Below the pieces are notes generated by a model, which was not told the origin of the DNA, did not search any database, and worked only from the letters and a program-made list of their open reading frames with translations. A stretch of 56,804 nucleotides of DNA, from positions 1-56,804 of the IMG/VR virus record IMGVR_UViG_3300032318_001198. One strand, 5' to 3'. Source of the stretch: a virus (taxonomy: Duplodnaviria; Caudoviricetes). This document shows, piece after piece, positions 8,527 through 17,735 of the stretch (position 1 is the stretch's first letter; each line of letters starts with the position of its first letter). The translations under genes were made by a program, and so were the position numbers.

Positions 8527-9249
8527 CTAAGCATTGTTCCTGTCCACATATATCTTAGATACTCTATCAGTTAGCTCTTTGTCTTTAATAGCCTCAAGGC
8601 ACTTCATAATTGTCTCCTTGCTGTATGTTGCCAAGGCTACGGTCAAGACTGCCGTAGACTCCCTCCTAGCGTGATTTAACACCATTGTAGCGTCACGTAC
8701 CGAGTCCTCGAACTCTACTGGAGGTGAGTAGCAGGAGTTGATTTCACTTGGCTTGGTCGGTTCTTGTGACTTAGCGAACCATTGCCGTAGGGTTTCTCTC
8801 CAGTCGATTTCCCTTCCAGCCTTATTATGCCAGTCCATTTTATTGTAGTAGTCGTAGAACCTACGGCACAGAGATTGCGGAGCTTTGATCTTAGTTCCAT
8901 AGTCCATAATCTTGTTTAGGGTTGTATTTGTTCCTCGTTTGTCTTCTTTCTCACGTATCATCCGTCTGCAATAGATGGTTCCTTCCTCAGTCCTTGAGAA
9001 TATGCTATGCCATTCTAGTTCCTCGATACACTTCCTAACTTTGCATTCGTCTGAATTTACGAGCTTGGCAAGAGCGGAAATGGATAGTCTTTCTCCATTC
9101 CAGCCTACTAGAACTCCGTACTTATCTACGTTCCGCATAAGGCCGAGCATCTCGAACCAAAGCCCCCGAGCTTCTAGGCTAAGTTGCTTGATTCCAGAGT
9201 CGCCCCGCCAAGCTTGCCAATCCCAATAGAATCCTCCCTCAAGGGACAT
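8527..9249 (-). CDS. Replication initiator-like protein
   Basis: W.GD..IKQLSLEARGLWFEML..M, IFSR...G.IYCRRM, FYDYY...W. Confidence 0.65.
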   Translation of the reverse strand: MSLEGGFYWDWQAWRGDSGIKQLSLEARGLWFEMLGLMRNVDKYGVLVGWNGERLSISALAKLVNSDECKVRKCIEELEWHSIFSRTEEGTIYCRRMIREKEDKRGTNTTLNKIMDYGTKIKAPQSLCRRFYDYYNKMDWHNKAGREIDWRETLRQWFAKSQEPTKPSEINSCYSPPVEFEDSVRDATMVLNHARRESTAVLTVALATYSKETIMKCLEAIKDKELTDRVSKIYVDRNNA

Positions 9250-10030
9250 TCGTGTTGCCTTCGGTGTGAGGCCAATACTTATTGCTCCATTGCCAGTAGG
9301 CTACGAGTCCTAGGAAAGCTAGTTTTGCTTTCTTGGTTTCCTCGTCACTCCACCGATGAAGCTCGATAGCTAAGTCCTCCGTGCTGGAGAACATAATGTT
9401 TGCGGTAGGTATATCTTCGCCCAAGGCAATTAAATAAGCCGAAAGCTGTACGCAGTAGCTAGGCCAAGGAACCATCTTGCCATCCTTCGGCACGCACGTC
9501 TTAAGGTCTAGGAGAACTCTCTCGCCAGTCTTCGTGCCGTCTTTCATTCTAGCTAGTGTATCGAACCTTCCTGCGAATCCGTACTCCTTAGATATAACAA
9601 CGCTTTCTTTCTTCTCTATCGATAGAATGTTTTTTTCTTTCCAGTCAAGTAGCATCCTGCATCTCTTTTGGTCTAGTTCGTTTTCCTCTTCGATCTTGAG
9701 CTTAATCTCGTCGAGGTTTTCGAATAGATTGTGAATGTGAGTACCTTTTTCCATTGCCCTAGATGAATGTTCGTTAGCACCTTCGTCTGCCCGATCAATA
9801 AACTGCTCGTCAGTCTCTCCACGAATCCGAGGAGTCGTTAGTAATGATAGTGCGAATTGCTCCCGCTTGTAACGTTCTAATCCGTAGTTTTTAGCAATGG
9901 ATTGAATGGTTGTGACGCTAGGGAAAGCCCTGCAAGGTCTAGCCATCCGTAACCCACCTTGTACTGCCATACCGTACTGGTCATAATAATGTCCGAACGA
10001 TTCTTGTTTCGACGCTGGAATAATACTCAT
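9239..10030 (-). CDS. PD-(D/E)XK exonuclease
   Basis: PSVTTI, GT.IH, GFAGRFD, LLDLKT, QLSAY; next to ERF. Confidence 0.8.
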   Translation of the reverse strand: MSIIPASKQESFGHYYDQYGMAVQGGLRMARPCRAFPSVTTIQSIAKNYGLERYKREQFALSLLTTPRIRGETDEQFIDRADEGANEHSSRAMEKGTHIHNLFENLDEIKLKIEEENELDQKRCRMLLDWKEKNILSIEKKESVVISKEYGFAGRFDTLARMKDGTKTGERVLLDLKTCVPKDGKMVPWPSYCVQLSAYLIALGEDIPTANIMFSSTEDLAIELHRWSDEETKKAKLAFLGLVAYWQWSNKYWPHTEGNTNVP

Positions 10031-10042
10031 ATTTTTCTTTCC

Positions 10043-10075
10043 GCAGAGCAGGAGGGGTAGAACCTCCAGCCCCGC
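10043..10075 (-). other. Intergenic hairpin with T-loop-like heptaloop
   Basis: GCGGGGCTGGAGG-TTCTACC-CCTCCTGCTCTGC. Confidence 0.5.
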
Positions 10076-10078
10076 TAA

Positions 10079-10792
10079 TTATGCTAGTTCTTGTGCCTTA
10101 TCTTCGGCGAGTCCAAGCTCAATCTGAGCTTTATCTAACTCTGTCCGAAGTGCTATATCAATAGCATTCAGTTTTCCCTTGAAGGGTTGTGGTTGCCATT
10201 CCTTAATCCACCATCTAAGCGAGTTAGAGGTCAAGCTACCGAGCGATTTCCCCTTGGATTTTCCAAAGTGAATTATCGCTTGTTTCCAGTCTGCGGGAAC
10301 TGCTCTTGGCTCCTCCGTAGGCAATGTAGAGAAGTAAGCCTCCTTCGGCTCGCTCCTGTCCATTTGCTTAATCTGCTGAGTCGGCTGTGCTGTCCTACCC
10401 ATTGCTGACTCCCCATCATCGTCCTCTGAGACGATTCCGAGCATCGCACTTAGGGCATACCTACGAGCGTACGTCACAGCACTTCCCATACTCTGCGGGT
10501 CTGCCTTTACTGCCGTGATGGGATAGTAGCCACGAATCCATTGCCCCGAAACGTGGTGAAGGGTTGTGACTAATACCATCTGGTTTAGCTCGATAGAGGT
10601 GCTTTGAGTAACCACTAAGTCGTTACTAATGAGTGCCTCCCTGCTCGCCTCCGTGATAGCCGATAGGTCGGCGTACCTCGAGTGAAAGAAGGGATTCTCT
10701 GAATCCTTCCTAGCCACTTTGATTTGTCCGCTGGCTTTCGTTAGTGCCGTCACTAGCTCTGCCGTTTTTTCAGATTGTAGTTCCATATTCAT
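10079..10792 (-). CDS. erf: ERF-family single-strand annealing protein
   Basis: KDSENPFFHSRYADL, HVSGQWI, DPQSMGSAVTYARRYAL. Confidence 0.9.
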   Translation of the reverse strand: MNMELQSEKTAELVTALTKASGQIKVARKDSENPFFHSRYADLSAITEASREALISNDLVVTQSTSIELNQMVLVTTLHHVSGQWIRGYYPITAVKADPQSMGSAVTYARRYALSAMLGIVSEDDDGESAMGRTAQPTQQIKQMDRSEPKEAYFSTLPTEEPRAVPADWKQAIIHFGKSKGKSLGSLTSNSLRWWIKEWQPQPFKGKLNAIDIALRTELDKAQIELGLAEDKAQELA

Positions 10793-10800
10793 TTTCTCCT

Positions 10801-11112
10801 TTAGTTAAATGCAAGTTCTGGATGTTGCTCGCACTTGGTATTACCCGCATCGCTTTTCTCCGTCCTCCAGAAGAACGACACTAACTTATAGGGTGCGGTT
10901 CCTCTTTTAGAAACGAATGCTTTATTGTTAAGGATGACTCCATCCTCGGGTTTGAATACTTGCGTACCAACTCCCTCGACTTCGAACCGAATGTTCAGTC
11001 CTAGGTTTTTGCATCGCTCCACCTCATAGTCTCTAGCGTCTGCTAGTTTTCCGTTGAATAGTCTCTTCAACTTTTTGGTGAAGGTTTTCGTCTTGAACTC
11101 AAACTGCTTCAT
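10801..11112 (-). CDS. Hypothetical protein
   Basis: GAAAGGA SD upstream. Confidence 0.6.
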   Translation of the reverse strand: MKQFEFKTKTFTKKLKRLFNGKLADARDYEVERCKNLGLNIRFEVEGVGTQVFKPEDGVILNNKAFVSKRGTAPYKLVSFFWRTEKSDAGNTKCEQHPELAFN

Positions 11113-11248
11113 ACTTTAGTTCCTTTCTTTTTGCCCATCTAAGTTTTGCGTTGGCTAGGTTAGCGATGGTCTTCTTAGGACTCTTCGCCTTTCCTCCCTT
11201 TCGCCCAATCTCTGATAAGTAAGTTTTGACTGAGTTATTTAGTTTCAT
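11099..11248 (-). CDS. Small basic KGG-motif protein (49 aa, not in ORF track)
   Basis: MKLNNSVKTYLSEIGRKGGKAKSPKKTIANLANAKLRWAKRK; promoter 6 nt upstream. Confidence 0.65.
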   Translation of the reverse strand: MKLNNSVKTYLSEIGRKGGKAKSPKKTIANLANAKLRWAKRKELKYEAV

Positions 11249-11254
11249 ATTTTT

Positions 11255-11282
11255 ATTATGGATGACGGCTTGGCATAGTAAA
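11255..11282 (-). promoter_or_regulatory. Leaderless promoter with operator half-site
   Basis: TTTACT-16-CATAAT-6-ATG; TGCCAA in spacer. Confidence 0.55.
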
Positions 11283-11289
11283 GAAGTTT

Positions 11290-11312
11290 CTGGCAGGGGT
11301 CGAACCCGCCAG
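11290..11312 (-). other. Intergenic hairpin with canonical T-loop
   Basis: CTGGCGGG-TTCGACC-CCTGCCAG. Confidence 0.55.
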
Positions 11313-11320
11313 AGAATCCT

Positions 11321-12304
11321 TTAGGAGATAAGCATATCCTCCATTTTTACTCCCGAGAGTTTCGCCCCTAGGACGAAAGCCCTCTGCTTGACTTGGGAGC
11401 CTTGACCGAACCATATGCTACCGAGCCGATTCTCTTGTCCGCCCCGAGGGTTGCGATGATGGTCGATATACTCGGTGATTGCGTTGTAGGTTCCCCAAGC
11501 TGTGCCACGCACACCTCGGATATCCGAACCCACACCAGTTTCCACCAGTTCCTCTACCTTCTCGACGCTAGCCTTTAGCTGTTCACTCTCGTCTTCGAGG
11601 GTTTTGATAACACTTCGGTTCGATAGCGATTTCATTATGTACTGAGTCGATTCGCTAGCCGAGAGGCTACGATTGGCGAGTGCCTTGAAGATGGGCTTAG
11701 TCTCGTCGATCATCGCACCAGTCATTCTCAGCATCGCTCCAGCGAGCTTGAGCTTTTCTTGTACGTTGCCAGTATGCTTAACCCGAATTTTGTCAGTATT
11801 CGAGGCTAAGGCAACCTTCAACGTGTTTTGACATACCACTCGAATAGGCGTGAACATTCCAGTCACAGACGTGAACCCATCGTGTCCGTGATAAAGGAGT
11901 AGATAGGGTTGAACTTGGTCTTCACCAAGAACGGAGAAGTCGCTACCTTCTACCTTGGCAAGCATCCAAACTTTCTCGCCTTTACCTAATGCTCCCACGG
12001 TTTCAAAGATCGCACTCCTATCCTTGATTGCTTCATCGAAGAAGCTGAATGCGTCTCGGTTTTGGAGTATCTGATACCCCTTGCCTACTACACCGAGTAC
12101 CTCCTTAGTGTCCTTGCGAATTACCGCACGATGCGAGGGGATTTCGATTGAGGATGTTGTCTCAATTTCTAACTTCTCAACTTCCCAATCTAAGCCTCCC
12201 TGCTTCAATGCTTCCTCGCTTGTGAACCTATCTTTCATTCGTGTGCCCATTCCGTGCCAAGGCACTTCGTTGGCGTATGCGATACTATTTATATTTGCTG
12301 GCAT
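11321..12304 (-). CDS. DUF932 family protein
   Basis: PWHG.G, GLDWEV, Y..LQN.DAF.F, HDG, TPIRVVCQNTL, GTAWGTYNAITEY.DH. Confidence 0.9.
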   Translation of the reverse strand: MPANINSIAYANEVPWHGMGTRMKDRFTSEEALKQGGLDWEVEKLEIETTSSIEIPSHRAVIRKDTKEVLGVVGKGYQILQNRDAFSFFDEAIKDRSAIFETVGALGKGEKVWMLAKVEGSDFSVLGEDQVQPYLLLYHGHDGFTSVTGMFTPIRVVCQNTLKVALASNTDKIRVKHTGNVQEKLKLAGAMLRMTGAMIDETKPIFKALANRSLSASESTQYIMKSLSNRSVIKTLEDESEQLKASVEKVEELVETGVGSDIRGVRGTAWGTYNAITEYIDHHRNPRGGQENRLGSIWFGQGSQVKQRAFVLGAKLSGVKMEDMLIS

Positions 12305-12324
12305 ATGCTTATTCCTTTCTTTGG

Positions 12325-12540
12325 TTAGGGGCAGAAGGTCGAGTGAAGCTTTGTTAGGGCTAGCTCAACCTTCGTCTTTAATTCACTATCGGGTGCATTC
12401 ATAATTGCGACTACTATCGATGCCTCGAAGACTGCGTACGCACCCATCGCAGTTTCCGAGATACTCCGAGGTATAAGACTTTTTATAAAGTCATCTGTAT
12501 GCCTCTCGAGTTTTCCGTCTATCTCAGTTTGTGTAATCAT
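12325..12540 (-). CDS. Hypothetical protein (start revised to MITQTE)
   Basis: GGAGG SD, ATGA overlap. Confidence 0.5.
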   Translation of the reverse strand: MITQTEIDGKLERHTDDFIKSLIPRSISETAMGAYAVFEASIVVAIMNAPDSELKTKVELALTKLHSTFCP

Positions 12541-12773
12541 ACCGAACCCTCCTTTTCTTTGTATAGTTTCAAGCAAGACTTTAGAACTTCGGTCTCCTCG
12601 TATAGAGAGTCGAGGAAGCGGAATATGATAAGACTTGCCTCCTCCTTGGGATTCATATTTTCCCAATGCTCCTTTACCGATAGGGAAAGACACATCGCAG
12701 TAAATATCGTTCCCTCCAGTAAGGAGGTAATCGGTATCTTGGTATTTCCCGAGCGGTAATTTTCTGCCTTCAT
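12537..12773 (-). CDS. Hypothetical protein (start revised to MKAENY)
   Basis: ATG 6 nt after -10 box. Confidence 0.5.
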   Translation of the reverse strand: MKAENYRSGNTKIPITSLLEGTIFTAMCLSLSVKEHWENMNPKEEASLIIFRFLDSLYEETEVLKSCLKLYKEKEGSV

Positions 12774-12779
12774 TTCGTG

Positions 12780-12807
12780 AGGATAAGACTTCGAAGCGGT
12801 TTGGCAA
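12780..12807 (-). promoter_or_regulatory. Early leaderless promoter with operator
   Basis: TTGCCA-16-TATCCT-6-ATG. Confidence 0.65.
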
Positions 12808-12811
12808 GACA

Positions 12812-13021
12812 TTATTTTACTCCCTCGAGAAGTTTCCGATACTGGTAGGAGTCCAGCCCTTTAGTCACGACTGCCTTTGCCCATATCAAACCAGCAAGCC
12901 GTTCACTATCTTCGGACTTTTCTAGCGTTGCGGTTAGAATGGTCTCGAGGGTAAGCAGGGTTTTGATATAGCTTTGCCTCGAGGTGCTCATTACTTTGAC
13001 GTATCCTTGTTTTGATTTCAT
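12812..13021 (-). CDS. Hypothetical protein
   Basis: ATGA-coupled ORF. Confidence 0.55.
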   Translation of the reverse strand: MKSKQGYVKVMSTSRQSYIKTLLTLETILTATLEKSEDSERLAGLIWAKAVVTKGLDSYQYRKLLEGVK

Positions 13022-13260
13022 AGGGTTACGTACCTCCGCCCGATGGGTTGGTTGCTGGTTGTGACGAGGATGGGCAGGAGGAGCTTGAACGAGTTGAACC
13101 CGAACCGCTTGTCCTTCTTTCCGTCCTTATCGTATAACCGCATTTTGTGTTTCTTGCCCTCGCAAGTATAAGTCTCAATGCAAGACTTGAAATACCCTCC
13201 AGCACTAAGAATGCCTAGAGCATCCTTTGTCTTTTGGGATTGATAGGTTGGTTTAGTCAT
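13018..13260 (-). CDS. Hypothetical protein
   Basis: GGAGG SD; ATGA overlap. Confidence 0.6.
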   Translation of the reverse strand: MTKPTYQSQKTKDALGILSAGGYFKSCIETYTCEGKKHKMRLYDKDGKKDKRFGFNSFKLLLPILVTTSNQPIGRRYVTL

Positions 13261-13616
13261 ACTCCCTCCTTCCAGAATACCTTCCCGAAAAGCTCAACGT
13301 AATTGTTGTTTACTCCTAGGGGAAGGTGATCATCCTCTTTCCGCTTTGCTCCAATATCTAGGCACTCTTGATTGTTGTAGCGTGCGGTTAATGCTGTGGT
13401 CAAAACTAGCTCTCCCTCCTTGAAGGAGTGGCTAATCGTCGAACCCTTTCCTTGGGCTAGGCTAACCCCAACATAGGATTTGCCGTTAATGTCTTGCCCC
13501 TTGTAGTCAACACTCGCCACCTTGGAAAGCCGTCCGTAGGGGTCGAGAGTAAGATTGCCAACGCTGAGGGTCTCAACGTACTTCTTGGTTGGCTTGAATC
13601 GGATTGGGTAATTCAC
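13257..13616 (-). CDS. Hypothetical protein
   Basis: GGAGG SD, GTG start. Confidence 0.6.
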   Translation of the reverse strand: MNYPIRFKPTKKYVETLSVGNLTLDPYGRLSKVASVDYKGQDINGKSYVGVSLAQGKGSTISHSFKEGELVLTTALTARYNNQECLDIGAKRKEDDHLPLGVNNNYVELFGKVFWKEGV

Positions 13617-13988
13617 TTATGCCACCTCCAGTTGAATAGGGAAAGTTTGCAAGGGAGCACTTGAGCGACGAGGGAACTCGTAGCTCTTGTAGGCGTGGGC
13701 TTGGTAGGCAATCTCTCCGAGTTGGTCACAGTAGACTCCCTTGACCTCTCCCTTGATAGTGACTTTCCCGCCCCGCTTGAATACCCGACGAACGATGTAA
13801 AGGTCGTTCTCGAGGTCGATAGTCACCGAATATCCGTAGCTGACTGGAAGAGTGATTCCAGTCTCACGATAAATTACCCGCCCGCCCGAGATGGCGAAAA
13901 GATTGTTTCGTCCGAGTTGGCTTACAATTACTTTAGCTTGTTCTAATGCATTCACTTTTGCTCCTCCGTTGTTGGTTGTTTCATTCAT
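13617..13988 (-). CDS. Hypothetical protein
   Basis: Directly downstream of promoter. Confidence 0.65.
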   Translation of the reverse strand: MNETTNNGGAKVNALEQAKVIVSQLGRNNLFAISGGRVIYRETGITLPVSYGYSVTIDLENDLYIVRRVFKRGGKVTIKGEVKGVYCDQLGEIAYQAHAYKSYEFPRRSSAPLQTFPIQLEVA

Positions 13989-14274
13989 TACTTGGATACT
14001 CTACATCGTCCGAAGCTGGTTGGCAAGCATAATCTTTTCTTATTTTATGCTCTCCCTGCCTCCAATGAAATGCTCCTAGGTCGTACCCAGCCCAATACGC
14101 TAATGAGTCCGCATCCTTTATTTTCCGCTCGTTCTGGCTTAAGGGAATATCAGTCTGCCAATAGGTTCGTCCGATAAAATATCCCAATGCGAAAGAGGAA
14201 CGCTCCGCCTCGCTTTGGCGGAGTCGTCCCTCTCCCTCTCCTACTGGTGATGGCTTGTAGGGGTGGTCTCTCAT
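13981..14274 (-). CDS. Hypothetical protein
   Basis: ATGA overlap; contains strong hairpin and a promoter so reality is uncertain. Confidence 0.35.
   Translation of the reverse strand: MRDHPYKPSPVGEGEGRLRQSEAERSSFALGYFIGRTYWQTDIPLSQNERKIKDADSLAYWAGYDLGAFHWRQGEHKIRKDYACQPASDDVEYPSNE
13998..14026 (-). promoter_or_regulatory. Early promoter with operator
   Basis: TTGCCA-17-TAGAGT. Confidence 0.7.
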
Positions 14275-14918
14275 CCTCCGCCCTCCACAAACGAGTTGGG
14301 CGAATTATTAACCCAACTATCTGTATAGCCCGAGGTTATCTCGAGTTTCTCGTTCACTTCTAGCGTGTAATTCGCTATGGTGATTTCAAGCTTAACCCAA
14401 GGCAGTTCCGCAACGTCTCGCAGAATTGGAAGGTAATAGGATGGGTTTGCCAGCCCTTCGTTTAGGTTTGATGATACGCTGTCTTGCACCAAGCTTTGAC
14501 CCGAGAACTTCAATTTATGCCCATTATATTCGAAAGAAAGATTTCTTCCGTAAAGGGGTTTTTGAAGTATGCGGATTATCTGGCTAGTCTTTCCTGCCGA
14601 TATGTTGCCTTGATTGGTTTTCGAACGAACCCGCACATCTACGGTTGAGTGGCGATCTGAATTATTTAGTGGGCGTATTACTTCCCGAACAAAATAGGGA
14701 ATATATTTAGGCACACTCCGCTTAAGGTCTTTTCCTCCTCCGTTGCCATCGTGAAGGAAGTCGAGGATTTTAATTGTTCCCACCGATGCCTCTCTGTTTT
14801 GCCGATAGAGCTTTTTTAGGATAGGAGCTTTGTGCTTATCATAATAGGCAGTCCATCGCTTATTCCTCAACGCTATTCGTTTTGGGGTGTTTGGATTATA
14901 TGTTGTTTTGTTGTTCAT
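14271..14918 (-). CDS. Hypothetical basic protein
   Basis: 215-aa ORF with AACCAAGAAAG leader. Confidence 0.65.
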   Translation of the reverse strand: MNNKTTYNPNTPKRIALRNKRWTAYYDKHKAPILKKLYRQNREASVGTIKILDFLHDGNGGGKDLKRSVPKYIPYFVREVIRPLNNSDRHSTVDVRVRSKTNQGNISAGKTSQIIRILQKPLYGRNLSFEYNGHKLKFSGQSLVQDSVSSNLNEGLANPSYYLPILRDVAELPWVKLEITIANYTLEVNEKLEITSGYTDSWVNNSPNSFVEGGG

Positions 14919-14942
14919 TTTATTTGGTTCTTTCTTGGTTAC

Positions 14943-15248
14943 TTAACTTGACCAGTAGGTTTCAGAGGCGGGGTTACAGGCGTTTGTAACGATATTCCGA
15001 GTGATTTTTTCCCTCAGAGCTTTCTCGGTAGTCACTCCGTACTCCTTGAACTTGACCGATAGGCGGAGGGCACGACTGACTTTTGCCAATGCCTTCTCGT
15101 TAATCCTGCTTCTATAAGCCGCGAATACGTTTGGTGAATCGGCCAACTCAGCGGGAGGGCGAACATATCCACCAGTCAAGATTGCATATTCATCAGAGGT
15201 TAAACGGACTTTTATTCCGTACGTCTTTTTGCTGTTTTGATTTTTCAT
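14943..15248 (-). CDS. Hypothetical protein, possible ribbon-helix-helix N-terminus
   Basis: KKTYGIKVRLTSDEYAIL; leaderless start. Confidence 0.55.
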   Translation of the reverse strand: MKNQNSKKTYGIKVRLTSDEYAILTGGYVRPPAELADSPNVFAAYRSRINEKALAKVSRALRLSVKFKEYGVTTEKALREKITRNIVTNACNPASETYWSS

Positions 15249-15254
15249 ACTTGT

Positions 15255-15283
15255 AGAGTAGCATATGCGAACCAGCTTGGCAA
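15255..15283 (-). promoter_or_regulatory. Early leaderless promoter with operator
   Basis: TTGCCA-17-TACTCT-6-ATG. Confidence 0.75.
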
Positions 15284-15328
15284 GAACTATTTTTATGTAC
15301 TTCGTAACCCCCTATCGTACAAGGGGGA

Positions 15329-15679
15329 ATGGCATCTAAACTGGAGCAAAAATTTAAGCTATTGTGGCGAGCTAGCGGGGGAGCGATTCTCGAGGAGGAG
15401 TTTATGTTCTGCCCTCTGCGTAAGTGGAGGTCTGACTTCTTCCATCGTCCGAGCAATACCTTAATTGAGATAGAAGGAGGAATATGGAGCGGGGTAGGAC
15501 GGCATACTAGCGGAAAGGGCTATACCTCCGATGCTCTCAAATATAATGTAGCCTCGTATATGGGCTATCGGCTGTTCCGCTTAACTTCAAGTCTTCTTAC
15601 ATTGAGTTATGTTCAAGACATTTCCAAGATTTGTTTACGGCAGACACCTTCCGAGCATTTCGTTTTGGCAAAGAAATAG
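15329..15679 (+). CDS. PD-(D/E)XK endonuclease (DUF559/Vsr-like); only convincing plus-strand gene
   Basis: E..F...RKWRSDF, IEIEGGIW..GRH..G.GY..D..KYN.A...GY. Confidence 0.8.
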   Translation: MASKLEQKFKLLWRASGGAILEEEFMFCPLRKWRSDFFHRPSNTLIEIEGGIWSGVGRHTSGKGYTSDALKYNVASYMGYRLFRLTSSLLTLSYVQDISKICLRQTPSEHFVLAKK

Positions 15680-15974
15680 GCTTCTTTTTTATCAAACGGT
15701 AGTGAACGATGGGACGAACTAGGGAGTATTCTTTGTTTACAAGTATTGCAAACTTTTTGGTTTCTACTCTTCCTTGGCTAATCATAAGTGCGAGGAGCCT
15801 TTGAGTCTGTGCTCCTCGCAGGGCAAATAGATTTGATATTTGAGTCATAGTTAAATACTCCTCGGGAACAAAATCCTCCCTACTTAAAAGGGCTTTTGAT
15901 AATTCGCCTGACCAACTATTCTTTAGGTTCCTATGCATCATTATATTTTTTTGAAGTTTGTCGATACCATCCAA
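15597..15974 (-). CDS. Hypothetical protein (winged-helix-like)
   Basis: VPEEYLTMTQI..F; follows phosphoesterase; start probably near 15941. Confidence 0.55.
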   Translation of the reverse strand: MDGIDKLQKNIMMHRNLKNSWSGELSKALLSREDFVPEEYLTMTQISNLFALRGAQTQRLLALMISQGRVETKKFAILVNKEYSLVRPIVHYRLIKKKPISLPKRNARKVSAVNKSWKCLEHNSM

Positions 15975-16675
15975 TCTCCAGAAGTCTTTCTCGCTTGATT
16001 CACTATGAAGTCTCCGTTATCAAAAAGCAATCCATATAAGAATCCGTGTTCGTGGGCTAGGGATGCGAGGTTCCCTCGGTTGTACTGGTAGTCTATTTTG
16101 CATAAACAACCCGATGCCCAACCCTTCCTAGGACTTAATCCCTCGATGGTAGTTTGATGGTTGCTGTGAATGTGCCCCATACAAATCGACTCTCCGTAGC
16201 TAGTGAGAGTCTTCCGAAGGGCATAGATTCCCGAGCAGTATCCGTGTATAAACAAAAGCTTTCCCTCTCTATGGATTCCCCTCCTCTTGTCATATGGGTA
16301 CATCTTGGTTCCCTGCTTCTTGCATAGGTCTTCGATTTCTTGGACTCCCTTTTGGCAAGCATCCCGCTTTAAGCCGTCACCAATTTCTCCCTCTGCCATA
16401 TCCCACAGACGCTCGCAATGATTGCCACGAAGATAGATTTGCGGTTTGAACTTACGAAGAAACTCTTGCCCCATCATCACATCGTCTGCCAAACTCTCCG
16501 CCTGCTCTGCCTTGTCTGCCTTCCTACGAATCGCACGGAAGTCGAATAGGTCTCCTCCAAAGATTTTGATATCTGGCTTGAACTCTTTTGTGAAGGAAAG
16601 GATTTTATTAACCGCATCCGTATCCTGCATATCTCCGTGCAGATCAAAGCCCGCTACAAATTTTCTATAGTTCAT
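15941..16675 (-). CDS. Calcineurin-like metallophosphoesterase
   Basis: DLHG, GGD.FD, GNH, HG, GHIH motifs. Confidence 0.9.
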   Translation of the reverse strand: MNYRKFVAGFDLHGDMQDTDAVNKILSFTKEFKPDIKIFGGDLFDFRAIRRKADKAEQAESLADDVMMGQEFLRKFKPQIYLRGNHCERLWDMAEGEIGDGLKRDACQKGVQEIEDLCKKQGTKMYPYDKRRGIHREGKLLFIHGYCSGIYALRKTLTSYGESICMGHIHSNHQTTIEGLSPRKGWASGCLCKIDYQYNRGNLASLAHEHGFLYGLLFDNGDFIVNQARKTSGDWMVSTNFKKI

Positions 16676-17421
16676 TTAGTTTCTCCAGTAATTACTACGT
16701 GCCATAATCTTTCGAGTGCAAATTTAGCATCCTTAAATTCTTTTGCTTTTTCGAGCACGATTTGATACCACTCAATAGGATTCTTTCGAATTGCGTTGCT
16801 AGATGCCATAAATTGCCCTCCTGCTGACCAGCACGATTCCCTAGTCTTTCTTCCTATGACATCAGAAAAGCTGATCGCTAGTTGTCCGTGATCATCCTTC
16901 TCGAGTGTTGATGGCTCGGATTTTGGAATTGTACAAAACTCTGAGCCTAAGTTTAGAAGGACATTCCTTGTAAAATTAGGGGAATGATCTAGCGGATAAC
17001 CCTGCAAAAATATGGTTATGTCGGCAAGATTGTCGTATTCATTTATGATATGCGTTAGAAAATGATTCGCCTCGCACAAGTTTGTATTGTTTTCTATCCT
17101 TATAATCTTGTGAGTTCCTATGTGTGATTCGTTTGTTTTCTCATATGTCTCAAGCAAGCTAAACGCAGTTCCTATTTCATCTTTAATTCTTTTCCCCTCT
17201 GCTATTACATTGTGAAGCAAATCGATGAAAGAATCTATATCATTACCTCTTTGGACGAATGGTTTGTGATGTTGAGGTTGCCGTGGATGATGTGGACGAT
17301 GCTTAAGATTACTAGTTTTGTTATCTGATGTAGAGTATTCCGTTATAATTGACTCAAGCCCTACTGCCCATCCTAAGTTAGTTCCGTGATTGGCTATCAC
17401 TATCTCTATTGGTTTAGCCAT
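16672..17421 (-). CDS. DUF3431-like protein
   Basis: EANHFLTHII..YDNLAD.TIFLQG.P.DH, GGQF..S...IR, LERLWH. Confidence 0.7.
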   Translation of the reverse strand: MAKPIEIVIANHGTNLGWAVGLESIITEYSTSDNKTSNLKHRPHHPRQPQHHKPFVQRGNDIDSFIDLLHNVIAEGKRIKDEIGTAFSLLETYEKTNESHIGTHKIIRIENNTNLCEANHFLTHIINEYDNLADITIFLQGYPLDHSPNFTRNVLLNLGSEFCTIPKSEPSTLEKDDHGQLAISFSDVIGRKTRESCWSAGGQFMASSNAIRKNPIEWYQIVLEKAKEFKDAKFALERLWHVVITGETK

Positions 17422-17459
17422 CTATGCAATTCCTATATGTCAACAACTTGTTCGTATTG

Positions 17460-17735
17460 TTACGTCTTCTTGAAAAGGTCTTCGATCTTCTTTTTGAGTT
17501 GAGGTAGGTTGTTGCTTACCCTCGCAAGCCTCCTAATCTCTTCTATCTGGAACATCAATACAAGAAAGTAATTGCTTAGGTCGAGTATCTCCTCGAGTAC
17601 CTCACCCATCAATGGTTTTTCTTCTATCTTGGTTTTGTACTTCAAGTAGCCTTGGATATACTTCTCATACATAAGCCTCTGCATAGTTTTCGATAGCATT
17701 TTTCCGTGCTTCTCTCGGTCTGCTGGTAGCTTCAT
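17460..17735 (-). CDS. Conserved phage hypothetical helical protein
   Basis: KY..G..KY...EE.LD..NY pattern. Confidence 0.6.
   Translation of the reverse strand: MKLPADREKHGKMLSKTMQRLMYEKYIQGYLKYKTKIEEKPLMGEVLEEILDLSNYFLVLMFQIEEIRRLARVSNNLPQLKKKIEDLFKKT

Noticed and set aside
14190-14270. Long hairpins as a separate ncRNA
   Set aside because: Inside a coupled ORF, could be a simple terminator or attenuator; no other support
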